A stretch of 64,000 nucleotides of DNA from the human T2T-CHM13v2.0 reference genome, Homo sapiens. The notes under the pieces were generated by a model. It ran no database searches. It had not been told where the DNA came from and saw nothing but the letters and a program-made list of their open reading frames with translations. The first letter of the stretch is position 1; the number at the start of each line of letters is the position of its first letter. This document shows, piece by piece, positions 31,759 through 46,451 of this stretch. Where the stretch lies: the NCBI RefSeq assembly GCF_009914755.1, contig NC_060937.1. One strand, 5' to 3'. Made by a program: the position numbers and the translations under genes.

Positions 31759-34700
31759 AAAATCAAATGATCTAATTTCCCCAATAAGGTAGGTAATAAT
31801 ATTATTATCTTAATCTTTTCTCATATAAATATCTATATCTATTGCTGATTTAAAGGACTACATCCAGCTTTTAAAAATTTCTGTAGAGTTGATTTTCAAT
31901 TCAGCTTTGAAGCTGAACTTTATTCTGGGCAAATGAGATTTTACCAAGCTAGAAATTACCAACAATATTTTCTATTTGTAACTATTCTCCAAGAAGAAAT
32001 TTGTTGTCAAAGCTGAATGGACACGTCCCCTTTATCAAATACAAGTCAAAATTGTGGCACTAGTTTCATATTATTGAAGATTAAATGCTTTGTCTTTAGA
32101 GAGATCGGGCAGCCCTGAGCTTTTAGGGAGGGCTAATTGGAGTTTGGTATTCTTTGTTATTCTAAAAAAAAAAAAAAACGACTGAGTTTGAATTGAAGAA
32201 AATGAAGAAGTCTAAAGACCAGCTGGATAAGTTCAAAAGAGGTCTTTTCATCAAAACCTTAATGGCTTTGGTGTCAGGATTTGAAGACAGAGCATTTGGG
32301 AGTGTGGTTATCAGCTGTCAGGCACCTGTTGTGTGGATTTATGACTTGAGTCATGGACTTTAATTTTTTTCCAATGAGGTGCTGAGACTAGCTCCTCATG
32401 CACCATAGATGACAGAATCTATTTTAGAAAGGCAACAAATTTTGTTTAAGTAAAAATTTGTCAGTTTTTAACGTTATTTAACTTCATCTATAATTTCACG
32501 TTCAGTAAGCTGTAGCTTTTGTTAAAGTGCCAATGTTTATTATTTCCATGAATTGAGGTTTTAGAGGAGTTTACGTGATAGGTAACAAATTAGTAAATAA
32601 GGTATCTTTCTATTCTTTCAATAAAATACAGAGTTCAATTATACAAGGTCACAGTTTTAGTAAAGAGAGTTACAATAAGTTACAGCTTGGTTCCTCAAAT
32701 CTCTATATCACTCTTGCGTAAGAAGTGAGTACCTAAGATTTTACAAATTCTGAAACCAAATCTGATTCACATGTGTAATGTACAGAAGAGTTATGTAGTA
32801 TTTAATTCCATTCAGATTTAAGCTTTATAGACTGCATATTTTCTAGTTAAGTATCTGTTTCATTTATATTCTCTGGTTTAAAATCCCAGTGTTAGTGGGA
32901 ATTCTAAATTTTCTATGATAGTTACTTTGGGCCATCTCCCTGTCTTACAAAGCAAAGCTTCTTTATATTTTTTCTGAATTTTATTTTGAAGTAAAATCTC
33001 AAGGTGGTGGTTGTACATATGAAATACTAGCAAACTGTTCAGCTATGTGTCATTCGAAACCTCTGATTAACCAGTAACCTGGCAACTTCGTCCTTTCAGA
33101 ACATAGGCACAAACCTGAAAATAATTTTTACAGATATATAAGTAGAGATGAAATTAGGTATCTCTAAAACCATCCACAAAGGAAGTGGAAGGGTTAAATA
33201 GCCCTTTAGTCATCAATAATCCCTGGGAGTGTCATTTAGAGAAACACAAATTCCAATAATTCACATTTATGTATCACTTAAAATCTTTCAAGAAGTATGC
33301 AAACATTTTAGAAAGAGTGTCATTAAACCAATTACTGTTTTTTAATAAAAAGATTCAGTAATGAAAGAGATATGTTATGTTTACATAGAAAATTTATGTT
33401 GCTCAATAAATGAAGGACCACTAAACTTTCAGCCAAGACATTAGAGTTTCTAATTGATGCAATAGATGTTTTTCTAACAATAAGTTAAATGAGCTCCCAG
33501 AACTCCTGGATCATGTGTTGCAGTGGGAGAACACAGAAAATGACAAAAAAAAAATAGTAAATATATATAGGATATAAGATTTTGGAAAGTACCGTAGAGA
33601 AAAACTAACCAGAATAAAGGGGTAGAGAGGGCTGGAGTTTGCACTGGGCTTGCTGTTTTATAAAAACTGAAAAGAGAAGCCCTCAGTGACTCAATATTCT
33701 TAAAATGTGCCATATTTAGAAGAGAATGATATTTTCTGGAATATCTCAGGAAAGGGTTAGAATCAAATCTTAAAATTAGCTAAGAATTGTTAAAATTTAG
33801 AGGAATAGGGATTCCCAGGAAGAGGAGAAAAACTAAGGATGTCCTGGGCAGAAGATACAGCACATACAAAAACAGCCACCTTTGTTCAGAAAAGAGTGAG
33901 AGGTTGGATGTGAGAGGATGGATATTTCTCTTTAAGGGGAAGTGATAGGATGTGAAGTCATAGGTGTTAGAATGGACAAGAAAAAGCTTGGTAGAGCATG
34001 ACAAGAAGTTTGGAATGAAACCTAGGCTTGCTGGGACCACAGTTTAAAGTGGACAGGAGTGTGGCATAAAGGTGTTTTCATCTGATAATTTGTTTTGAAA
34101 TCAGAGCTGTTTTATGTACTAATTTAATCAATTGCATGTTATTCTATCTTTTCTATTACTTTCTAGATGATGTTCCAATTAATGGAACGTAAACACAATA
34201 ATTTTTTAAAATATTTTTTAAAAACAATGAGAACAAGTATTGGCAATAATGAAAGAATGGATACTGTCAATTATTGATGTAAATTAGTACAATTTAGTAC
34301 AATTAGTAAATTAATACAATTAAATATGAGAGGATACCCACTAAAGTGCACAACTATACAGAGTAATCAATAAGAGAACAGCTGCAGAACCACAAAGACA
34401 TGAAAGGGCTGGAGCAGCTGCAGCTGCTTCACACAGGAGGGGGATAGAGCAGCAATAAGGAATGGAAAGTGTCAGCCAAGGAAGAATAGGGGTCCTCATT
34501 TTAGGCAAGAGGACAAGGGTGATGGAAAGAGTGAGGGTGGCAAATCCCAGGAGCTGCAAGAATCTTGGCTTGACCTCCAAATGGGCAGATTAGAGTGCAA
34601 GGGGAACAATCAGGGTAGGTCAGGATGAACCTGGAAATCTGCAAAGAAAAGTCCACTTGATATGGGCAAAAGCTGTAGGCAAGAGGGGCAAAGGAGAAAG

Positions 34701-35135
34701 GAGCACAGGTGGGTGTAAGGCAGACGAATAGTAGTCCAGCAGTGGGCATGCAGGGTGGGCTTGGGCATGCGTGGCGTGGCAGGGCAGAGTGAGCTTGCAT
34801 TTGTTGAATGATACTATTGACCTCAGAGCACTGTGTGTGTGTATGGGTTACCTGAGTCGATCTTTGAAGAAATCACAGGCGCTAATTAGCGTCACCCTCA
34901 CCTGACTCTCCAGAAAAGGAAACAGAGATCCAGAGAAGTAACTTGGTCAGAGTCAGACAGCAGCTAGAAGTGATGTGGGTGGGCCTTGGACTCCAGTTCT
35001 GAGGAGCCTCCTAGCCCATGGCCTCTCCTCTCCAGAACAGCACTCAGGGTGCAGCAGACATTGGGCATAGTAAGTTTAGTAAGTTTCATCAGCGCAAAAT
35101 GTGGAATGAGTTTCCTTGTTAAACGGACAAACTGA

Positions 35136-35448
<313 letters not shown>

Positions 35449-37029
35449 CCAATCTATTTATATTTTATAGTTGATAAATTAACTAAAAATAGGAAAGTCC
35501 ATAATCCCATCATTTAAAACACCAAGCAGCTTCTCCTGTATCATGTCTCATTTTACGAAGCTACATTCACAGTATCAGTACCATTTGTTGTTGTGTTTTT
35601 AAGTGTTTTCGGTGTTCCAACAACAATTTCATATTTATTGTTTGGGAGTTGAATAACATTTTATTGATTTGATACACTATAAGATAGTTTTTAAGGTTTG
35701 GGGTTATTATAGAAAATATTGCAATGAATAGTTCCTTACAAATATATTTCTGCTTCTCTTAAAGCAAAAATCCCACAGAAGGAGCGACAAGATTGAAGGA
35801 TATAACCATCTTTTTGCCCCTTGCACACATTGGCACATAGCTGTCCAAAAGGCTTGTGCTAATTTGAAAGCCAAACAACAGTAAACAAGAAAACAATTTC
35901 CCTACATAATCTCAGTTGTACAAGGTATTCTCTTTAATCTTTAGTACCTGTTAAGTTGATAGCTCAAAGTTGCTGCAGTTTTTATTTTTTAAAAGTTCGA
36001 GCAAAGATGAATGTATTTTCATGTCTTCGCTCACTCAGCGTTTTCCCTTGTGTAGATTTTTTTTTTGTCGTCTATTAAAGTTTTGAGATTTTCCTCTTTC
36101 ATTTCTTTTTCTATGTGAACTGCAAAGAGAAGAAACTAGAATGAAAACTGTGCCTCTAGCTGTGTTTGTTACTTGGGCTTTTTTTTTTTTTTTTTTTTTT
36201 TTTACAGCCTCTTTCAGAAAGACTTAAAAGGCATTACTGATGCCTTTGTTTGTAAACCTCACCTTACTCTGAAATAATTGGTGTAGATCAAAGGAAGTAG
36301 AGGGATGCGTGCAGAGTGATCAGCTGATAACCATTTTTCCTTTCATTTACCCAACATAGTCGCTTTCACATTAGAGAGATCACACACAAGGTTTATTTTC
36401 TGCTGATAGGCAGCCCACTCCATTTTGGTGGGAAGATGGAAGGGGAAAACCTTATCTTCAGAGTGGAATGGAAATCAATGAAAAGAACTGTCTGTTTGCT
36501 CTAAGGAATGGAGTGGAATATAGTGGGGAAGGGAGGCGGAGAAGGGATATTTGTTTTTCCTTAAGTGGTTATAATTAAAACCTTCCACCCAATTGCTCTG
36601 TGAACCGGAAAAAGTATTTGTGAAGTTGTGTGTGTGTTTTTTAGAACATCGCAAAGGAGCCTTGCAGCCCTCTGATTAGAAAACTTGCTCTCCAGTGGCA
36701 CCTTGTGGGAAGTGAGTTATCCTGCAAGTTGGATATTTAGTTTTAGGATTAAACTAAATAGCCTCTGGTAGTTGTGCACTTCCTACCCATTACCTACTTC
36801 CCCTCCTAAAACAGCAAGGAATTTGTGAAGAATTATGTCAGCGATTGAATGTATGTGTAACAGTCTCTAGACTGTAAGCTGTATCTCCATGTACATATTC
36901 CAGAGTTGTGTATCAAACTAAGTAGCTGTATTGATTGTTAATGTTGTTTCATTAAAGTAATCTGTGGAATTTTGAAGATCACTCATTCAAGAAAGCACTA
37001 ATTTATGGCTTTAAATTTTTATTTTCAAG

Positions 37030-37176
37030 GTGGAAACAAGTTAACGTACCAGAATTTTCGTCTGAATTGGGCATGGATCTCCTTTGAAAAGGAATATTAC
37101 CTGGTCAATGAGGACTCCAAATTTCTAGATGTTGTTCTTAAACGTAGAGGTTACTTGGGAGAAACTTCTTTTATAA
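37030..37176 (+). CDS. FREM2: FREM2 internal coding exon (probably exon 3), N-terminal half of a Calx-beta repeat
   Basis: Acceptor ttttcaag|GT, donor ATAA|gtaagt, 147 nt, phase 1-1. Translates (G)[48 protein letters not shown](S), recognised as FREM2. Joins the next exon in frame. Confidence 0.96.
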
Positions 37177-37550
37177 GTAAGTTTAATTTTTTATTTCTGT
37201 CTTAAAATTTTATTTTTCTAGCAAAGGTTTATAATTCTACAGTGATTAAAGTATCAGTTTAGTTCACTTAGAGCTTAAAGTTAAAATTTAAAAGTTCTCT
37301 AACTGCTAAAGAAACAAGCAACAGGTTTGTGTCAAGGTACTTATCTCTTCAAGCCTTCTGTGTACATATGATCTTTTTCTGGTATAAAAATTGGCAGGAA
37401 CACTAATAAGTTACGAAACAAAAATAAATGTCACTAGATCTTAGAATGAGCTTAGGCAAATCTGTAATTTACCCGTAAGATAAAAGTTTTCTGAAACATG
37501 AGTATCGTGACCTTTCTTTGTAACAACAGTAAATTGTTAAATACTAATGA

Positions 37551-37935
<385 letters not shown>

Positions 37936-40071
37936 TCAAGTTCATATTTGATTTTCATAGAAGCATAAAATAAAGTTGGCAGTATATTGGTACTTTTAAG
38001 CAGCAATATGGTTGGCACAAAATATTTAATATGTTGATAAAAATGGCAGCACCTGAAGCAACTATATTGTTTTTGGTACCATATATTTTATAGACATCTA
38101 GACCAATGGAATTTGCATGGGATAAAAAGAGATTTCATTGAGTGAGATTATCAACTAAGGTGGCAATCTGGGAAAATGTTGGCAAAGTAAAAAGTTAGTA
38201 AACCTATGCTTGTCTCCAAATGATTATTTTGAAATTTTACTGGGTCCATGAACTTCCAGATCCTCAAAGAGTAGACCTCTATGCACAGAAATACACACCC
38301 CTGCCACCCCCAACATCCCTCCCTGACACCCCCACACATCCCGCTGTAATTTTGCTGCAGCCAGAACCCCACCACTCTTTTTGATTTCCCCTGACATGTT
38401 TTGATTCTGAATATTAATTACCCCTTACTTTTAAAATTCTTTTTTTTTCCTTTTAACTTTAGAAGACCAGGTTTTCACACGACACTTTCCCTGTCTTTGA
38501 GGTTGCTCTGGTTGCAGGGGGGCTGGTCTCCCCGCGGCCTCACCCCCAGCCTCTGCTTCCATCTTCATTTTGCATGAGCCTCCACCTGGCTGTGCTTCTC
38601 ATGCTTTGTATTTAGCCTAGGATATTCTGAGCACTCTCACTGCGCTCTCTTTTAGGGACATATTCTCTGTGCACATGTGCACATCCTGTCTTATCATCAG
38701 GGAGTGATTCGTCTTAACTCTGCTTTGTACTTGAACATATAGCAAATAAATCATGGGGAAAATGATAACTAAAAAACAGAGCACCTTACCGATTATTAAG
38801 AATAGGTTTATCTATTTTTTACCTGAGTTCCCACTCCTGGTGAGTTTATTTAATTTTTCACTCACAACAGGCCCCTGGATAACATTGGGAAAGTTAACAG
38901 TAGAAAAAGATTGTAAAATTATTTTTTTGCCTTTTTTTTTCTCCACTGCCTCTTTTTTCTTAAGCTGGATGCCAAAATGTCAAACAAGAGCTCTTTTTGT
39001 TGTTATTTTTTTCAATGCACTATTATTTTCTACGAATGTGGGGTTAACGGCAGTTCTACAAAGGCTCATAGGCTTTACTTGGTTCACTTCACATGGTTAC
39101 TTAGTAACCTGGGGTGATAGAAAATTGGGAAGCCTTCTGTGTGTGGCCCACATCCTTCAGTCATTGAAGATGGTAACGGAATTCATGCTAGGACCTGGAA
39201 TGGAAACCAGATTAAAATGAAGGGTAGCCTCATACAAGTTTTACAATGAATACGTTGCTTATAACTGTGCCCATACAACCTCTGCTTTTATTTATGGACT
39301 TTTAGAATGAGATAGATTGCATTATAGCAAAAGACAGAGTATCGCTTGAGTACAGCTAAGAAACCATGAATTACTGAAATTTGTAGATGTATATTCTCAA
39401 AGATTATTATTCATTTTATAACCACTAAAACTAATAAACTAGATATGTATTTATATTCCACATTAGTATATGCATTTCAAAGCTCTTATTGCTACCAGTT
39501 ATTGAATATTTATTAAAGGCAAGGTACTTCATACGTACATTAAGCACTTTATCTATCTCTTTTATACCTTACATCCATCCTTTATTCCCTGACTCAACAA
39601 ATATTTTATTGAGTACTCATTACATACCAGGGGCTGTGTTAGGTAGTGAACTATGAAGAAACAATGATAGCTAATGTTTATTGAGTTATTTGCTGGGCCT
39701 ACTTCCCAATACCCTACCTAGGTCAACTCCATGAGAAGAGTACCATGAGGTGAGGAAATAGAGAGGCTGTGACATGTTTAAAGTTAGCCAGCTAGTAAGG
39801 GGCAGAGCTGAGATTGGGCAAAAGGCCCATGCTCTTAATCACTGCACCATAGTGCTTCATAAATCCTCCACTGAGATAAGTTAATAACTTGCCTACGATC
39901 CCACAACTGTTATATGGCCTGGATGGGATATAAAATCTATTCTCTCCTTCCACAAACACCCTGTTTAACCACTTTGTTATTTTTCTATGTCAGAGGAAAA
40001 GATCCAATTGCAGTTTCATTTAATAACAAAAGTGAAAAATTATAGGTGTTTTTAGCAGCAACAATTGGGAT

Positions 40072-40129
40072 ATGGTATTGCAACTCATTTAATATCAGAT
40101 GGTATTGCAACTCATTTAATATTAGATGG
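40072..40129. repeat. 27-bp tandem duplication
   Basis: atggtattgcaactcatttaatat(c/t)ag x2, one mismatch. Confidence 0.95.
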
Positions 40130-40729
40130 CTTGACTATCGTGCAGGAAGGAGGACTAGTTGGAACTAGCAGACATTCATTGTATCACACTTACTCAATTT
40201 TTATTTTTAACTCCCTTTTGAAACTCAAAAAAAAACAAATAATGCATTGCTGATGAAAGAAAACAAAACAGAAAAGTGAGCAGTAGCTATCAGAGGCAAA
40301 CTAACAGATTTTGCTGGTGATGCCACTGGGGATAGATGGGTCAGTGAGCAGCATGTGTTCTGGAACCTCAGAGAGAATGATTCCTTTCATCAGCATCTTG
40401 GCAGTGAATTGTAGTGGATCCAAGAGGTGCTGACAACCAACTCTGTGTGCACAAGGAACCAGAGAGCTGTCAGGAAGTCTACAGCATTCAACAAGATATG
40501 CAGCCCTGCAATTCCTGGTTCTGTGCCCTTTTTTCTCTTGCCATTAAATGAATCATGTTTTACCTGCTACTGTAAAAGAAAAATATGATGCAATATTTAT
40601 GTCAGTTATTGTTCTGAGATCTGTAAGACAGAAATATTTTTAATAAAATCTTTTTCATCTTCACTTTAAGATTAAAATAACAGTCATTGATATATTCCTA
40701 TATATAAATACATATTCAAATGACTCTTA

Positions 40730-40845
40730 TATAAGCACTACGAAGGCAAGAGTTTTTGTCTGTTTTGTTCTCTGATACAGCCCCAGCACATGGAATAGAG
40801 CCTGGCATGGAATAAGTACTCAATGAATATTTGTGGTTGAATGGA
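40730..40845 (+). mobile_element. L2 3' end
   Basis: gaaggcaagagtttttgtctgttttgttc...gcctggcatggaataagtactcaatgaatatttgtggttgaatg. Confidence 0.75.
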
Positions 40846-40985
40846 TCTTATTTAGTTCAGTTTCATTTCTAGTTTGAAGAACAAAAGGAATTTTTCAAAA
40901 GTATAATTTTTAACTAAATGCAAAATCTTCCAAATAACTTATTTTCAAGATTTAAAAAATCTATCACAAGACTTTATTTTTCCCT

Positions 40986-41363
<378 letters not shown>

Positions 41364-42303
41364 TAGAGAAATATATTTGAAAATTATTCTATTAACTTGA
41401 CTCATTAAGAGGTTCTGGTTCTGTATTTAAGGATATAGAAGTCCAAGTACCATTGCCGTTTTATAATTTTTCTATGACATTGAATGTTTTCACTGCTTTT
41501 GGATAATGTACCCTATGGTTTGAGTACCTGGCATGGTAATAATGGAGATCATCTTGCGATGTAGTTAGAGACCCAGAGATCCTTCAACCTTCCCAGCTAA
41601 CTGAAATTGACCTTGAATGAACTACCAGAGTAAGCCAAGCATACTGCTCATAATAACCATATATATTTAGCTCTCCAATTCTGTTTATTTAATTTCATGG
41701 AATTCTGGGGTGTTCCAGAAAGAAAAATTTTGCAGTGACCATGTTGAAAAACACTGAATTACATTTTTTAAAGGATCTTAGTTCCATTAAGTGCTTAGAG
41801 AATACTATCACTTTTTATTATTCCACTTGGCCATTTATGACTTAGATTGTGAGTCAGAGAATTCTTTCATGGAGGAGTTTCTTATTGGCTTATATTTTAT
41901 AGTTAGAGAATGTTTCTTATTTTTTTTATAATATCCAGGAACACATGCAAAAGTAAATGTGAAGAGTTTTAAGATTGTATAACTTGTAGGAGTAAGGATA
42001 TTGAACAATGTGAATATACATTTACTTGGTCTTGTTTGACAAGAAGTTCTAATCCAAATGTAGCTTAAAGCATATATAGCAAAACCATAATTGAGGCAAA
42101 AGCAGAACAGAATCACAAACTACCCAACACCTACAGTGAAACACTTTCATCATCAGACCCATTCCCAATTTTCCATTTCATGAGGTCAAAGCAGGATCAA
42201 CTTTGCTTTTCAGGATAAAATGACATGCAAAAAGTTAACAAGGAAAATCTTAATAATCCAAGCGAAAATGAAACTAAGAAAATGATATTATGTTTTTGTG
42301 AAG

Positions 42304-42534
42304 GTATTGGCACAAGAGACAGAACTGCAGAAAAAGACAAAGACTTCAAGGGCAAAGCACAGAAACAAGTGCAGTTCAACCCAGGCCAGACCAGGGCCAC
42401 ATGGCGAGTGCGGATCCTGAGTGATGGGGAGCATGAGCAGTCTGAAACCTTTCAGGTGGTACTCTCAGAGCCCGTGCTGGCTGCCTTGGAATTCCCCACA
42501 GTCGCCACTGTTGAGATCGTTGATCCAGGAGATG
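42304..42534 (+). CDS. FREM2: FREM2 internal coding exon (probably exon 4), C-terminal half of first Calx-beta repeat
   Basis: Acceptor tttgtgaag|GT, donor GATG|gtaaga, 231 nt, phase 1-1. (S)[14 protein letters not shown]...[35 protein letters not shown]...EIVDPGD(E) has the Calx-beta pattern (TA..DF, F.PG, D...E..ETF.V.L). Confidence 0.96.
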
Positions 42535-42719
42535 GTAAGAGCCATCGTCAACTGGTTTATGTTGTTGCTGTTGGGCTGCTATGACAAAATACCTTGTAGG
42601 GGTATAGCTTACAGTTTTAAATTCAATGTTTGAAATTTCCATAGAGAGAACCTTCTAGATTAATGATTCATTATTCTCAGATGTGTTGACAGGAAAATGG
42701 AAACTAAAAAGTAACGAAA

Positions 42720-42957
42720 GAATGCTATATATGTATAATATGTATAATATATAAATATTTATATAGTATATATAAATTGTATTAATAGACTTTATGTATA
42801 TATAAACATAATTATATTTTCCAGCTAGTACAATTTTCATATTACCAGAAAATCTTTTATTTTATGTATATAAATTATTTACATATTTTATATAATTTTA
42901 TATATAAATTATTTACATATTTATATATAATTTAATATATATACACATATATATAAA
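42720..42957. repeat. TA-rich low-complexity tract
   Basis: Includes a duplicated tataaattatttacatattt unit. Confidence 0.85.
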
Positions 42958-42960
42958 ATC

Positions 42961-43083
42961 GTTTGTAAAGACACGGTCTTGCTATGCTGCCCAGGCTGGT
43001 CTCAAACTTCTGGCCTCGAGCTATCCTCCCAACTCAGCCTCCCAAAGCACTGGGATTACAGGTATGAGACACTGTGCCCAGCC
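42961..43083 (-). mobile_element. FLAM / Alu left monomer
   Basis: gctatgctgcccaggctggtctcaaac...cccaaagcactgggattacagg...gcccagcc. Confidence 0.88.
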
Positions 43084-45308
43084 AGGGATGCTATACTTTT
43101 CCAAGTAAATGAACTACCCATAGAATTACCAACATGTTCTTCCTGTTATTATAATTCTATCATTTAATATTGCTCATGTCATTTTTAATGAATTAATTCA
43201 TCACTTTTTGGAGTCCTTTAAATGTCTTAACATATCTTTGAAACAAACGGTTTGAGAATGAGATCATTCTTGAATTAATGTGTTCCCCATATTACTTTTA
43301 ATTATTCAAGATTTCTTTATATATTTACCAGCCAAAAATTTTTATTTGGCCATATGTTTCCACATTTGTGGCATAATACCCACCCCACCCACCCCCATTT
43401 TGTAGTGAACACAGTGTTTTGAATCATTGCTGTTAATTTCTGTCAGATTACATTTTCTTGTCAATGCACACCTTGGCTGATGCTGGTAAAAGTGAACCTT
43501 AATGCTTTTGTGTGTAATTTGACCTTTTTATTCCCCGTCATACTTCTACAGTCCTGGCTTGTCTTGATCTAGTCAGAAAGTTTTAAAAAGAAAAAAAAAG
43601 AAAAAGAAAAAAGATTGAATAGCTTTTTGAGGGCTGGCATTTATACAAACCGTATAGAAACATCTAAAGCTAGGATCCTGTCAGAAGCCAGACATGACTT
43701 TCTTTTAAACTTCCAGCCTACTTTATTTTGTCAGTCAGAAAACTCTTAAATGGTTTGCAAAGATACAATCTACAGAGTACATGAAATGGAGACCTGTGTG
43801 GAAATCCCTGTGTTAAAAGACTAAGCATAATTAAAGAAAGTGAATAAGAAAACTGGAGCTCTGACATCATTTGTTTAACTAACAACTCTGCCTTTAGTTA
43901 AATATGAAGTTCAATTATGTTTGTAATTTTCATTAAAGAATAGTTAGCATTTACTTACATTTAATTGTATCTGCATTATCCAGAGATAAATAACTAAACT
44001 TTCTTTTGGTCCTGAACTTTGCACATATGCTTGAAAAATAAAGCTTTTCTCTTTTAAACAAGCCCAGGACAGCTTTAATACATATAAATTGACTCGTTAG
44101 TTAAAACTGGAAGCCATTTTTTGATATTTCATTTCCCAACTAGTACAATTGCCGTATTACCTGAAGAAATAAGACACTTGAATTCATTTCTGCCTTCCTA
44201 TTTATAAGCTCAGAGTGACACTCTGCACCCATGATATATCTAAGCAGTAGGATATTAAAAACAAAACAAAACACATACGCACACCCCACATACACAGCCC
44301 CCCACTTATATAATCTTTTCTTAGTGTAGGCTATACCAAATGAAACTTTGCCATAATTTCATTTCATGTATTGATCATCTAAGTTGTTTCAGAATTTTAT
44401 AGATAAAATTCAGCCCTGTTTATTTCAAGTCATGAAAATCCTTGGATAACTGATAAGTCTTCCATAATGCTTGGTATGCTCTGTGCCTTGTTGAAGACCA
44501 TTGGTCTTGAAACCCAACTCTATTTCTAGTTGTATGACCTGAAATAAAACAGCTTTTAATAAAATTTAGTTTCCTAATGCACAAAATAAGAAAAAGTAAT
44601 AATTATCATGTTACAGCATTCCCATGAAAGAGTTCTATAAAACATAAAGCAGAATGCAAATATTCTTACTTCTAACATCATAAATCTAATGTTAGATTTC
44701 ATTTTAAGAAATTGAGTATTTTTTTTCCCTTACAAAGGATCACTTTTCCCCCCATTTAAAAACTTTGTTTCCTTTCGTACACTCTCTCCAGCTCTTTGCA
44801 TATAAATTCACCTGCCCTAGGAGCCGTTATGCCTACAAGCTCTCCCTCTGCATATTCATTCTAGGACATGTTATGATGTTTTGTTTTCAAAATTAAAACA
44901 AATTTAAAAATTAAAATTTTACATTAAAAATTTATCCAGCTCATATTTGTGCTGGGTACAGCACTATATATTGGGAATGCAAAGATAATAGCATAGAATC
45001 TCTGCTGTCAAAGACCACAGGGGATGGGAAACAGAGCCCTTTAACTTATCACAGCAGAATGTGATGTGATAAAACAAGGTATGAAGAGTATTGGGACGTT
45101 TAGAAGAAGGAATAAACAACTCGGCTTTATTTTAGGCTGGGAACTGGTTTTACTTATTAGCAAGTTTATGTAAACATATGTAAGTCTATGCTTTTCTCAT
45201 TACTTTATAATGGTAACGACTGAAATTCGTTGAGCAGTTACTATGCAACAGACAGTGTGTTTAGCACATTATATACGTTCTCTCATTCAGTCCCTTGTAG
45301 ACATATGA

Positions 45309-45721
<413 letters not shown>

Positions 45722-46122
45722 CAGAACTTTTTAACACACACACAGACACATATACATGTATTGGCTTCTCACATTTTATAATTATGGTCTTACAATGCCA
45801 TGTATCCATATATTTTTTAAATTATATAGTTGTTATATAGGTGAAGATTTTAAATGACTATGTATTTTATTTAATACATCAGTGTCTACATCACTGAAAA
45901 AGTATCACATACAGTTATATGCTTGCTTATTTCTTTAACCTGGTCCAATACTCAGTGCCCTCATGGATATACTGTAATACCTCACCCCCTGCCCCCATGC
46001 CTCCAAGTGTCTGTGGCTCTCTGGTTGGGAACCATGGCTCTGCGATCAATAGAGCTGACCCTCATGTAAAGAGTGAGTTCAGTCACTCATTGAGATTGAT
46101 TCTACAGTCTCCCCCACACCCC

Positions 46123-46451
46123 CTTTTTTTTTCGAGACGGTATCTCACTCTGTCGCCCAGGCTTGAGCGCAGTGGAGCTATCATAGCTTGCTGCATCCCC
46201 AAACTCCTGGGCTAAAGCAAAGCTCCCACCTCAGCTTTCCAAGCACCTAGTATTAGAGGTACACACCACCATGCCCAGATAAGTGTTTCTTTGTTTCGTT
46301 GTGTTTGTTTGTTTTTTTGGTTGGTTGTTTTTTTTGTAGAGACAAGAGTCTTACTATGTTGCCCAGGCTGGTCTTGAACTCCTGGCCTCAAGTGGTCCTC
46401 CTTGGCCTCCCAAAATGTTGAGATTACAGGCATCAGCCACCACACACAGCC
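46123..46451 (-). mobile_element. Alu (AluJ-like) with expanded GTTT linker
   Basis: Diverged dimeric Alu. Confidence 0.92.

Noticed and set aside
34740-34775. Two GGGCATGC p53/p63-like half-sites
   Set aside because: About 9-nt spacer and poor 3' pyrimidine matches; not a canonical element.
38753-39220. 155-aa hydrophobic ORF
   Set aside because: Hydrophobicity follows from T-rich intron composition; no family resemblance.
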